DNA of 64,000 nucleotides, from positions 34,968,001 to 35,032,000 of the forward strand of contig CM022665.1 in NCBI GenBank assembly GCA_012295275.1. The letters run 5' to 3'. The stretch comes from Chrysomallon squamiferum (taxonomy: Eukaryota; Animalia; Mollusca). The notes beneath the pieces were generated by a model. The model saw nothing but the letters and a program-made list of their open reading frames with translations, had not been told where the DNA came from and made no database searches. Each line of letters opens with the position of its first letter. Position 1 is the first letter of the stretch. Below, piece after piece: positions 30,101 through 44,411 of the stretch. Both the position numbers and the translations under genes were made by a program.

Positions 30101-33100
30101 TAAATAAAGTAATAGCAAAAGTGAACTGTACAGACATGAATTTTCTGTCAAAGTACAACACTTTGACATACCAAACTCAAGGTAAACTGCATTAAGGTGT
30201 AATAATATCATTTTAGTTTAACTGTAAGTGATAAAAGTCATACTAGTAAACAGTATAATAATTAAATTAACTAATTTGTTAACACGATAAAACATTTTGA
30301 TGTTGTTGCAATGTTTTGTGATATTATTTAGTTAGTTAGTTAGTTAGTTATGTTATTTAGACAAACTTAATTTCATTAGGCATAGATTAGTTTATTTTTA
30401 TTTTTAGTTCATTTTCTTTTCTGCTTCATTTAAATTAAATTTTTTTTTAATTTCATTATTAAGCTATGTTTTGTTTTTGTTTTGTTTTATTTAATTTTAA
30501 TTTATTTTATAAGTAGTTAAAAAAAAAAAAAAAAAAAATGAAATTTAAATAATAATGAAATAAAAAATACAACAATTTTTTTTAGAAGAAATGAAAACAA
30601 AACAAAAAATGAAGTCAAAGTTAACTAAATTAATTTATATAAAAACAAAATGTAATCATGCTAAATTTAAAAATATGACAGATAAATAAAATGTATATAA
30701 TATAAAAAACATACAATAATAAAATAAAAATAAAATTATTTTAAATTAAATTAAGCCCCCAAAAATCAAAGAAAAAAACCAAATCAGAAAAATGCTAAAA
30801 CTAAGAAATGATGCGTGAAATAAATAAATAAATAAATAGAACAAAGAAAAATTTAATAAACATAATAAAATCAAATGAAAAAAAGTAATATAAAATGAAA
30901 TAAAAAATAGAAAAAATTAAAAATGCAACTAAATTTAAATAAAATACAGCTCAATTAAGCAAAGAAAAACTAAAACTAAAATCATAAATTATAACATATA
31001 ATAAATAAATAAATAAGTAAATAAACAACAAGTTACAGATAAGTAAAATATGATAAACAAATAAAAAATAATGAAAGTAAACTAACTTAAACAAAGAAAA
31101 CAAATCAAATCAAATCAAGATGTTTCATCTACTTATAAAATAAATTAAAACTAAATTTATCTTAAAAATACAATCAAACAAAATAAAATGCAAAATGCAA
31201 CTAAATTAACCAAGGAAGCTAAGACTAAAACATAAACTGATATTATAGTAAATGAAATTTAATAAAACATAATAAAATCAACTGCACCCCCCCCCAACAC
31301 AATAATAATAATAAAATGACATACAATAGAAAAAAAGAAATAAAATATGCAACAATATTTAAATTAAATACAACTAAATTGAGCCAAGAAAAGCAAATGA
31401 AATTAAGTGAATAAATAAACAAGTAAATAAACAAAAAAGTAAAAGTTAAAAATAATATAAAATAAAATAAACAAGTAAATAAACAAAAAAGTAAAAGTTA
31501 AAAATAATATAAAATAAAATAAAAAGTACAAATGAAAAAAAAACTGAAATGAAAGTAAACTAAATTAAGGTAAGAAAACAAATCAAATCAAATGGAGTTA
31601 AAACAGATAAAATTAAAAAAAAAAATGATAAACTAAAAGAAATTAAATACTAAATTAACCAAATAAAACAAAAACTAAAATTTAAAACTAAAATCATAAC
31701 ATTAAAAAAATAATAATAATAAATAAATAAATCAAAGTAACACCAAAAATAAACTATAAAATAAAATGAATAAAACTTAATAAAAAATGTAAAGAAATGA
31801 AATTAAACTATTAATAAATACAACTAAATTAAACTTCATCCTTTGTTATAATTATTATTATATATATTTTTTTTCTGGTTAATTTAGTTCTGTTTAATTT
31901 AATTTAGTTTCATTTCATTTAATTTTGTTTTGTTTTGTTTGTTCTATTCATTTCATATTTCATTTTTATTTTATTTTATTATTATTATTATTACTATTTT
32001 TATTAATTGTTTTACAGGTACAAACAAATATTTTGTTGTTGATTCTGCTACTGGTGAGGTCAAGATTGCTGACCAGTTACCATTCAAAGACACACATGTG
32101 TTATTTGTGGAGGCCTCAGATGGTCAAGAGACAGACAGAACAACACTGGTGATTAATGTGAATAGTAAGTCAGTCTGTTTGTCCTTCACATTCTCTCTAT
32201 ATGACTAGACAAAGTAATATATTTGTTAACACAGTTTAAATTTTTATGATATATTTAGAAAAGTGTAATAAATAAATAAATACATATAATAAGAAGAAGA
32301 AGAAGAAGAACAATAACACAACAACAACAACAATAATAACAATAATAATAAATGATAATAATAAAGATGATAATGATTATGATGACAATAAACTTATTAA
32401 CTGGAATAATTTATTGCAAAATTGCCACATTCTAAAACTACGAAGGACTAATGTAATTTCTCTAAAGAAATTCCTGTCACTGTGAAAAAGAAATTGTCAG
32501 CTTTCAGATATATATTCATAAGCCAGTTATTTCAGTCATACTTTGTTATGAGTAAAGAATGATAATCACAAACAAATACAACATTTCAGTTGAAGAATTT
32601 AGCCTATTTGATTTTATAGTGAACAAGCATGACATTATAACAATTTCTAACAATCAATAACCAATTTTTAAAAAAATCTGTCTAGTTAAACTGAGACCTG
32701 TAATAACTGTTGATGATGTGTCAACAACGTCAGTGAAAATCATGTGGAAGTTTGACCGTTCAGATTACACACAATATTTAGTCAAATATACACTGAAGTG
32801 GGAGGCTGGAGACAACACTGTTGGAAACACAGACATTGACAGGGACAGATCAGATTTTTTGCTGGACCAACTGAAACCTGGCACACATTATTTTATTGTG
32901 CTGACATCAATGGCACAGGACTTTAATGTCAGTGAACCAGTCAGTGTGACAACTAAAGGTGAGTTTCAAATCTATCCATTATGCATTAGTACATCCATCA
33001 TTCCTTCCTTCCTTCTTTCTATCCATCAATCCATCCTTCTTTATCTCTATCCAGTTCTCCATCCTCCATCTAACCTTCCTTCCAACCCATCATCCTTTTA

Positions 33101-33599
33101 TCATTCTGTCCATCCAGTGATAAATTTTCAAACTTTATAATTACATAGCAGATAAATTGTTTTGAATATCTGAATAGAAATTAAATATTTGAATGTTATT
33201 TAAATCAGCCTATCTATTTTATTAAACAATGACTGTGATTTAAATAATTAAGTAAACTGTCATGTATTGATGCAAGCAGTTTTGTGTGATAATGAGAATA
33301 TGTTTGATGTAAAAATGTCCATTTTCAGATTAATTCTATTTTTACCTCTTTTTTTTCTTTCTTTCTTTTTTTTTTTTTCTTTTACAGAAATACCAGTTCT
33401 ATCACAAATAACAATGGAATTTAAGGTTACAAATGAAGAATGGAATGCTGCTTTTCTAGACAAAACATCAGCCAAATATAAAGAATTCAAAAACAAAACT
33501 GAAATAAATGTATGTTTATTCATTCATGTTTAGATTATAAAATTATTAATTAATAACTTATTATTTGTTGCTGCTTGATGTTTTATTTATATAACTTGC

Positions 33600-33687
<88 letters not shown>

Positions 33688-36600
33688 AATAAATAAATAA
33701 ATAAATTATTAATTACTGTAAATTTTAAGTTATATTTTGATTGTAAACAATGTTCATGCTAATTTTTCTAAACCACTTAGTGGAACCTTTGATGCTTTGA
33801 AAAACCCCCAGAAATGTACAGTCACAAAAAACAAACATATTTTGTAAATTAAAATGATTGGTAACATTCGTATGTGCACAGTACTAAAACAGTGACTGCA
33901 CAGCCACATCCCCACACAGCTTAGAGAGAACACTGATTATAATTCATTTATGCTTTTAAATAATAAAAATGGCTAATTCGAAAATATACCTATTGATTAG
34001 TTCAGAAATTACACCTATTTTTATGTTAAATGAATACTGAAAAAAATCATTAATAAATTAAACTCATTTTTCTTTTTTTTAAAGATAAGAAAAGCATTGA
34101 TAACTTCCAGTGGGATACATAAAGTAGCAGTTTTAAATTTAAGGTAATTTCATCTTTTGCTTTTATATAATCATATCATTTTTCATAAATGTCATATTTT
34201 TTTTTAAATGATTTACTAATTAAAAATGAAAAATGCATAGGTGAAGAAAAACAAATAACTCAAACTATTTGGTTTTTCAAATATTCATAATTCATAAAAC
34301 ATTATCTAGTTTAATATACTTTTCATTTTTCTAAAAGAATCTAAAACATTATTCAAATTTTAATTATCTAGCTCATTTTTCACCTCTTCCAAATTTATAA
34401 TCTTTTCTCCAATTTAATTCATTTTTTGCTAATATTTTTAAATGTTGTAATTAAATATTTTTGGAAAACATGAATTTTCTATGATTCAAATTACCAGTTT
34501 GATTATCTATCTTGGTTCTACCCTATTCTGAAATCACAAACTTTTTTCCTATGTAATCCATTTTTATCTAAAAAAAAATTGAAATGTTATAATTAAATAA
34601 TTTAAAAAAATATAAGTTTATATGTATATGAATAATAACTTAAATCTATTATTTAAAAAAAAAGTTTGTGTGCTTTTGATAATGTCAGAATTGATTACAT
34701 TATTGATGATTCCAGAAAAGGATCTGTCATTGTTGATGCTGTGGTATCTGTCAATCAATCTGGTAATGTAAGTGATACAAGGAAAACACTGGTAGCAGCC
34801 ATTACTGGTGGACAGATGGGTGATGCAACTGTTGATTCAAAATATTATTCATTTTATTCAGAAGGCAAGTTTGTTTTTTTATTATTTTTTTTTTGTGTGT
34901 ATGTATTTAGTTCAGTGCTTAGCAATTCACTGAAAGAGAAAGAGTTTTGTCTATTTAATGTTCATTAAGAAAATTAATTTAGAAATATTAGAATGTTCTT
35001 ATCTAATTAATGTCAGAATTTAAGAATTTATTTTTTTAAAAACAAATCAAATTTGAAATGTTATTACATATTTAGGAATTATTCTGAATCATTAATAGAG
35101 TGGTTAGAGCAAATAAAGTGCCATTTTAAGTATTTCAAATTATATGCAGCTCATACATTCATCTAATAGTTTTTACCAATTTTTTGTTATGTTTACAAAT
35201 AATAAAAATAGTAATAATAATATTGGCTTTTTTTTCCCGTAGATCACTATGCAGTAATTAAATCAGTTGAGGTTGCTCAAAGAAATCCTGCTGAAATAAC
35301 ACAGGATTCAACAACATCAGTGATCTGCTCAGCTCGACTTGTTGGACAAGGGCTGACTCCACTGTTCAGCTGGAAACTCAATAAATCTCCGATTCATGCA
35401 GATCTGTCAAGTCGATTAAATGTAACACTGTCAAACACAGAAGGAGACAGTTTTGGTTTTACTTCTGTGATAACTTTTAGGCCAATAACTCTTAATGATA
35501 GAGGTAAGTTTTAGTAAATATTTAGTCATGTTTATTATTATTATTATATTTTGTTTACAATTTTACAATAGCAATAGATGTGCTGTGAGATTTTTATTAT
35601 GTGAAACTATTAAATCATTATGGTTAGCAGATTTCTAACTGAATATTAAATTTATAGAATTAAATAGTTATAATGTCAGGTGTATAACAATTACAAAACA
35701 AATCATAACATTATAACTTCCTCTGATTTTAATTAGCAGATGTTTAAATAAGTTAAGAGTACTATCCTGTAGACTGCAACTATAACATCCTCGGAAAATG
35801 TCAAATGTGTACAATATAATTAACAGATGTTTAAGTAAGTAAACATTAAGATATGAGATTAATCTTGGAGACTGTACACTGATATAAAGCCACTTGGAAC
35901 ACTTAACACTTTTTTCACCTTTGAAAATGTCAGATATAATATAATTAAACCTAAATAAATATTAAAGTATTAAACAGTTATATAAAAACTTAAGACAAAC
36001 TATAAGCTTCATATAAATATGGAAGTATCAAATCACTTTATTATGATCATCAGAGTTTTAACAAGAGATTAAATTTGTTATTCTGATATAATCTGGTTTA
36101 TAATATTTAGGCCTGATGATTGTTTTTACATTTTGTTACCTTCAGATTAATAATAATATCACCTACTTGTTTCTGATTATTATTATTTTTTTTACAATAT
36201 TTGCAGGTGATCTTGAATGTTCTTTGACCAACAGAAAACAGACTGTGACCTCTGTGAGCAAGTCAATTACACTGAAGGTTATAGCAAAACCAGAGGTGAC
36301 TCTTTTACCCATGACTCTGTACATTAGGAAAGGACAAGTTGGCACACTTAACTGTTCTGTTGAAAGCAAAACTGATTACACTGTTACCTGGCACATCAAC
36401 GGAAATAAAGTGGAGAACACTGGAGGTAATTTTACTGTGTTTGTAACAGATGTATTTTCATATCTGTTTCTGCAAGAGAAGAAAGAATGCATGACTTTGT
36501 TAGAATATATGATCATGTAAGAGGTGTAAGATAGACATTCACAGATACAGACAGATGGATGGATGGATGGATAGATAGATAAATAGATTATTATTAAAGA

Positions 36601-39600
36601 AACATGGATAGATTGATCAACTGATGACCAAATATTTATAGTTAAATACGATTACAATTACTAAGTTAACTTTTAATCATAAAATGAAAGGTGAATTTAT
36701 TGTTTTCTTGCTGTTAATTTAATTTAATTTTTTTTTTTTTTAATAGTGTATTTCATTTTAGTTTATTTTTATTTCAGCAATCAGGATGAATAATTATGTA
36801 CTTTTAAACATTAGAAATATAAATGATGATGCTAAGTATACTTGTCTTGCAACAAACATTGCTGGAGTTGTCACTAGCAACATTGCAGTTGTAGGACCAT
36901 TTACAGGTAAAATGTAGCAACACTGACTAATATTCATAGTTTATTTTTAAATAAATAAATAAATCTCAGAGGAATAATATGGTAGTATAAGGGAGTGGCC
37001 ATGACAGCATTATCTTACTAATAGTATTAGTTTTATGCATTCTTATGTTTTATTCCTTTATGTTACTTGGACTCCAATATAAATCATACCAGCTCACATT
37101 CACGTGGAGTCCAGTATCAACAGTATTATTTGTATAGAATATTCATTTTTTGAGTCCTTTATCATAATCATAAAACATAAATTTTTTAAAATAAAAATAC
37201 TGTAATACAAGCAGTATAATTAAGTAATGAATTCCATTACAGAAAAACTATTCTGTGCTGCTCGCACAAACAACAGAGGTATCTCATGGCCACATGTACC
37301 TGCAGGCAAGATGGCTGAAGCACCTTGCACAGGAAATTACAAAGGTAGCATATATTTATTTCTTTATGTGTTTAGTAAATAACAATAAAAATAAAATTAT
37401 CATGTAGAAATGCAATTAAGTCTCCATTTAGTACAGAAATATGATTTTCAGTTAACTAATTTGACTGCAAAATATGATATTTTCGATATAAAAGTTATTA
37501 ATGTTTAAATGTAAACTTTTTGTTACAAATATACATTAATTTTAATCATTATTTATTTTTATTTATTTAAAATCCATTTGACTTTAATTATAAATTAAAT
37601 ATCCAATAATTATTTTAATAATTTTATATTAGATATTAATATATAGTATATCTCCCCCATTTTTCCTTTGAAATAATTAATTTACTTTTGTTATTTTAGG
37701 ATCAGCCAAACAATTGTGTCTGAGCAATGGAGTTTGGCAAAACTTAACAGACTTGACAAACTGCAAACTAGAAGCACTTGTGGATTTAGCAGAACGAGTA
37801 TGTCTGTTTTTAGTGTGTACAAAATAAACAGCCAAAATACATTTTTTTCAAATATTTTAATTTAAATCTTATGTGGAATCTATAGTTTTGCATCTTCACA
37901 AATTATTTAATTTTGGTGATAAAATTTAGCTGATTATAAAATATCCCACTCCTCCCCCAAAAAACAACAAGTTTGCAAAAAAAGGAGAGAAAAAGTATGG
38001 GGTTTTTTCTTCTATCAAAATAGTGTTTTGTAAATAAAAGTTGTAACAATTCCTAATAGACTGAGTAAATTATTATAAATTACCAGTATCCTCAGTCATT
38101 CCATGAATTTTTATCAAAAAAAACAAAAACAAAAAAAGAAAGAAAGAAAGTAAAAGATTGTACCCCCAAATTTATGTGTGTGGATGTATACCAAATAAAT
38201 TAATGTAATTCATTGGTACCCACTTTATCATAAAAATAATGTTTTATAAAATTTAGAGAAATAAGTGAAATGAAATTTCAAAATGTGTCACTGTAAAGAG
38301 TTAATAATAACTGATTGTTCACATTTTTGAAAACCAGTGATTTATTTTAGTCATAATTTAAAAAAAAAAAAAAAAATTAATTGTAAATAAATTTGTTCTT
38401 CAGTTAATATATAAATAAAAAAAAATTAAAAAACATTAATTGTAACCTGTTTTTACAAAGTGACATGATATGAAATGTTAATAATGTTGTTCTTTAGTGT
38501 GTTATATGACACTGTTAAAGCTGTTGTAAAAAATTAATTTGGGGATTAACATATATATTATCCCTATCCCAGGCAGAGGCAAAGAGAGAAGGCATTGACA
38601 GTGAAAGTACAGAGGCAATCATGAACAATCTGGCCAACCTAACATCATCAGAAACTCTGGCATCAGGTGATATTGATGTATCTATCAAAATTATTGAAGA
38701 TGTTATACATGCAAATGAAAGGGACACCAAAAAGAAAATTAAAAATGATGAAATAAAGGTATGAGTCAATAATGGCTATTACTCTGACTGGTAAATAATA
38801 TTTATTTATTTATTTTATTTTTTTTTTTTTTTTAATCTTTGAAAAGGTTATAAATTTGAAATTTTAAGTTTTCAAAAAAGATATTTTCACTGATGAATTT
38901 AACGGTTTTATTTCTTATTACGCCACTTTAAAGAGTAGTAGATTCACACATATCAGTTTCTTTTTCGTCTACTACCTTATTTAACAAATCATTCAATACA
39001 TTTTATTCTCCAGTTTAATATAACATCAACTATGTAGGGAATTACTGATAACTGTTTTAAGATATCAGCTTTATCCACTCAGGTTAAAATGGAAAATGCA
39101 GTGAGGCTCTTTCAGGCTCCATACATCATTCAGCCTGAGTAGGATGAAACTGATATCTTAAGACAGTAATCAGTTATTTCTTTTATACTGCAATCCTAAA
39201 TATTACACAAACTAAATTAATTTAACGGTTATATTTCTTATTATGCCACTTTAAAGAGTAGTAGATTCACACATATCAGTTTCTTTTTCGTCTACTACCT
39301 TATTGCCTACAAAAACTAGACATAGTTCTTAAATAACTGCAGTTTGTTTGTTATTTTTTTTAAATGAAAACAGTTTTCAAAATAGTTGTTTAACATCCAA
39401 AACTGTAATTAAACACTAAATAATAAAATATATGTAAATAGCATTTAAGTAAAAGTTGTTCCATCACAGAAAGACCTCTTTTTGTTCAGTCACATCATAT
39501 CTTGCCTCTGTTTCTAGTGAAAATACAAGCAATAATTTTTAATATTTATGTAAAATAAATTGTAAGTTAGGAAATCAGTATTAATAGATAATTAAGTATA

Positions 39601-42600
39601 CTTTTTATTTAGGACATGGTTAAGGCAGCTGATAATATGCTGAGTACATCCAAGAATGAATGGAGGGATCTTCATATCAAGGTAACTGAAATTACTTATA
39701 TCCTGTGTAACAGATGACCAACTGGACTTTGTCTTTTCTTATTCTTTCATTTTTCATTTGTGTTATTCAGAGAGGGTCCTTTTTTAAATGTGATTGTTTA
39801 CTCACTGGAGGTTACATATAATTTCTGGATGGTAAAGATTGTGAATTTCTTACCCATTTATAAAAATAATGTCTACATGAATTTTAAATTATTAAAATTA
39901 AAAGCTTCTATTACCGTATATACTTGTGTACAAGGTGACCTTATGTATAAGTCAATGTGTATTTTAAGACCAACAATTGCGTCATTTTAGGTATTACTTG
40001 TGTATAAGTCAACTGTAGATTCCAGGCACCGTCACTATTTTTTAGACCAGTGTTACAGTGCCATGAAGGCCTACATTGTACGTCTACTGTAACATAACTT
40101 GCACGAGCTGTAACTTGCACGAACATACCATAATAACGTAAATGCATGTATTACACGAGCTATAGCCTAAATGTATCATAAATAGTATCTCTTTAATGTA
40201 ATAGGTCTAACATGGAGACCTAACTTACTGTTATATTTAGCCGTTCTATGATTTCACGATTGCAGTATTATTTCACCAAATTCTTTACAATTACACAAGT
40301 GAGTTTTGTTTATGAAATTAGGACCGATATTTAGTGCAATTTGGCAGAGAAGTCTGCATTCCTAGATCATTGCAAGACGCCGTAAGGCATAATGCCGTAC
40401 TGACGGTTTTCTCGCTTTAAAATGTATTTTTGTGTCATTAAACGGAAGAATATCATGTTTTACATTCATATTTGGTTTTGTTTTTTAATTTTTCCAAATT
40501 TTTTATACAATAAAATTATATTTTTGAAAAGCTGAAAGACCGTGATTATTTTAGATGCATCCAGTAGCAAAAAATAGTCAAAATGGCGACTCTTCAGCAA
40601 CAGCTACAAAAGCATTACCTATGTATAAGTCGACCCCCAAAATATTACCTTAATATAGTCTCCCAAAAATTCGACTTATACACAAGTATATACGGTAATT
40701 AAACAAATGCTGTATTGAAATTTATAATACAAAAAACAGTAAGAAATTAAAAATATTTACCATTAGAATAACACATTAAATATTTTGTTTACTAGATATT
40801 TTATTTTGATATTATTAATGAATATTAAAATCTGTAAATTTTCATGTATTAAAAAAAATATATATAATAATACATAAAGCTAGTTTGCTACTTCTGTAAA
40901 CAATTTATACATTATATTTATTTTGTATAACTGATTTTCAATCAACAGAAAAAGAGGGGAGCAGCTGCACTAATGAAATCACTGGATGCCATTGGCCATC
41001 TTGCCAGTCAAAGGGCTGAAGGTTTAGTTGGCAGAAATTCACATATTGCTAATAATCTAGGTAACTTTTTAAAGCTTATTTGGAGTGAAGATATTTTCTT
41101 TAAAACATCTTAAATATTTTATATCAGTTTTAGTTCTACAGAACAAGTACATGTATGAAGTGGATGATCAAAATTATGTAGTTTCTTATAGTTTTTAAAT
41201 CATAAGATTTTTAAAATTACTTCAATCAATTTATTACAAATATTATTATCATTACAATTTTACAAAATCTAAAAATTCAAAAATAGAACAACTATGAAAG
41301 TTAATCATTTCTTTTCAAAAGAGGATATTATTATTGTTGTTGTTATTATTTTATCCTTATTTATCATTTTTAATGCATATAATTATTACTGCTTTTATTA
41401 CTATTATTATTATTGTTAATTTTTGTTATTAATATTATTAATACAAATGTTATTTTATTTTCAGTCCTGGAATATGGAAAATCTAATGCAAGCGATATTG
41501 AATTTCCAAGACTTGATTATTTTAAATATCCTCCCTGGATGAAGGAAACTCAGACAAGAGCTTATTTGAAATCAGTTTCATATATAAAGGCACCTGAAGG
41601 TAATTTTAAAATCTAAAAATTATACAGAAATAATGTTTATTTGATTTGTATTCAGCTCAGTATATGTTAATTGTATTGATATAATTAGTGAGAGAAGTTT
41701 TGTTTTAATGGTTTCTTTTCTGCCTGAAGAAAGGTTTTATTTAACAAATCATTCAATACATTTTATTCTCCAGTTTAATATAACATCAACTATGTAGGGA
41801 ATTACTGATAACTGTTTTAAGATATCAGCTTTATCCACTCAGGTTAAAATGGAAAATGCAGTGAGGCTCTTTCAGGCTCCATACATCATTCAGCCTGAGT
41901 AGGATGAAACTGATATCTTAAGACAGTAATCAGTTATTTCTTTTATACTGCAATCCTAAATATTACACAAACTAAATTAATTTAACGGTTATATTTCTTA
42001 TTATGCCACTTTAAAGAGTAGTAGATTCACACATATCAGTTTCTTTTTCGTCTACTACCTTATTGCCTACAAAAACTAGACATAGTTCTTAAATAACTGC
42101 AGTTTGTTTGTTAATTTTTTAAATGAAAACAGTTTTCAAAATAGTTGTTTAACATCCAAAACTGTAATTAAACACTAAATAATAAAATATATGTAAATAG
42201 CATTTAAGTAAAAGTAGTTCCATCACAGAAAGACCTCTTTTTGTTCAGTCACATCATATCTTGCCTCTGTTTCTAGTGATTGCAGGACAAATACAGTTAA
42301 GGTCTATATTGATAATGAGTCATTATCCAGTTTGTTATTTGTTTTCAATAAACAGCAATCATTTTTTTTTTTAATGTGCATTTTCCCATAGACATGAAAA
42401 CACAAACCACAGCCTTTCTTAATATGGCCCATTAATATTTCAGTTGTGTTGCTTATCTAAGTCTCAGTGACATGACAGACATAAGTTTAATATTTTCTTG
42501 TAATGTTATGTAATGAGTAAGTAATATTATTTTGTTATTTACACCAAATATTTACTGATCTAATATATATATTTTTTTTTTTTCAAAACCTAGTCATTAG

Positions 42601-44362
42601 TTCATATAGAGTAAGTCTGAAATTTAATATGTATGTTTGTTTTTTTAAATCTAGGGACTGCTTTCCAGGGCTACAGTGGTGTATGCTATAAAGATATGTC
42701 AGATTTAGTACAAAGTGCAGAACCTGAAACAAGGTTTTACTTTTTAACTGATAATTAGTTTAATTTAGTACATTTCAACGCTTGGGTAAATATTGCTTTT
42801 ATTTATTTTTAAACATATAGAAATTGAAATATTGCTAATGTGTATATAAGAAAAAACCCAGCAAAAACAAGAATAATAATAGCAATTCTAATTAACAAAT
42901 GAACAATTAAATAAATAAATGAACTTGTAATCATGCCAAACATGCAGCAATGATATGTTATAAATAATTACTGTCATAATCACAACTGAAAAAATTACCA
43001 AAACAAATTATGTTTTAAAAACCAAGTGAAAATTTTATAATATTTATATCAAATTTTATATTTGTATGTTACATTTCAGTGAGGACTCTAATGCTGTTAG
43101 CAAAAAAGTCAATTCTTTGATTCTTTCATTCTCTCTGAATCCTCCACCTGCTGGCAAACTGGATCCACCCTTGAAACTTACCTTTCAACACCTATCAGTG
43201 AGTATAAACATAAAACTAATACCTGTGTGTCACAGACACTTAAGCAGTTAATTCAGCTTGATGCAATATTTTATAATTTTATCATATGTCTAAAAACCAT
43301 TTATTATTGTATATACAGTTCTTCAGATTCTTGTGTTTCTCTGTCAGCAAAAACCATTTAAACCTAGTTATATTTTTTATTTAATAATTAATATGTGTAT
43401 GGTATATAAAAATGTCAGTATAGATAAATGCATATGTTCTGTGTGTATGTATGTATGTATGTGTGTACTATGTATGTATGTATTTATGTATTTATGTTTG
43501 AATGTACGTAAGCCTGTGTGTGTACCTTTGTAATATATGTAACATAAATATGTATAAATGGTTAAATGTATGTCTGAAAAATATGTATTCTGTTAACAGG
43601 AAAATTTTTCTGATCCATCCTGTGGTTTTATGAATTATTCACCACCGTATGTATTTGTTTAAAATTTTAAGTCATTCCTTTAAATAGAGACTAATGTGAA
43701 TTAAAGAAAATATTTCATTACCTATGGAAGTCTAGATTACTGTTTAATAAAACATTTGTTGCAAACTTAATGGAAACATTATATGTAAGTAAATTTCCAA
43801 ATAATTCATTACTTTTAACAATTCACTGTATTTTGTTAAATTCTAAACAGAAATAAACCTGAAAAAATGTGTACTGTTATATAAAGTAGTTCAGAAATTA
43901 AGTAATTTATATAAATTAAAGTTTTCAATAATTCCTTTGTATCTTTTTAATAAATATGGTACAAATATTTTTTAAATAATTTTAATTAGATTCAGTTAAA
44001 AGTAAAAATTAAGACAACATTTCTAGGTATCAAACTACTGGCCACTGGTCAACAGAAGGATGTGTTGTGGTCACTAAATCAGATAATGTGACAGTGTGTG
44101 AATGTGACCACTTAACTAACTTTGCCATCTTAATGAGTCCTGGGAAAACAGTATGTTAAATTTAATTTACTTTTTTAAATTTAAAAATAAAATAAAATAA
44201 TATAAAATAAATAAATAAATAAATAATAAGATACAAATAAGAAAGATAATAATAGTTTGCTTTCAGTCCAAAATATATATATTTCACATTTAATGTTTAA
44301 CTTTTTATGATTTTTAAAACCTTATTCATATTCTAAAATAAACACAACTGAAATATATTTAT

Positions 44363-44411
<49 letters not shown>

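Noticed and set aside
13066-38769. Minus-strand ORFs antisense to exons (13066, 15725, 22786, 25774, 29961, 36163, 38515)
   Set aside because: They are shadows of the + strand coding exons extended by simple repeats; there is no independent evidence for an antisense gene.
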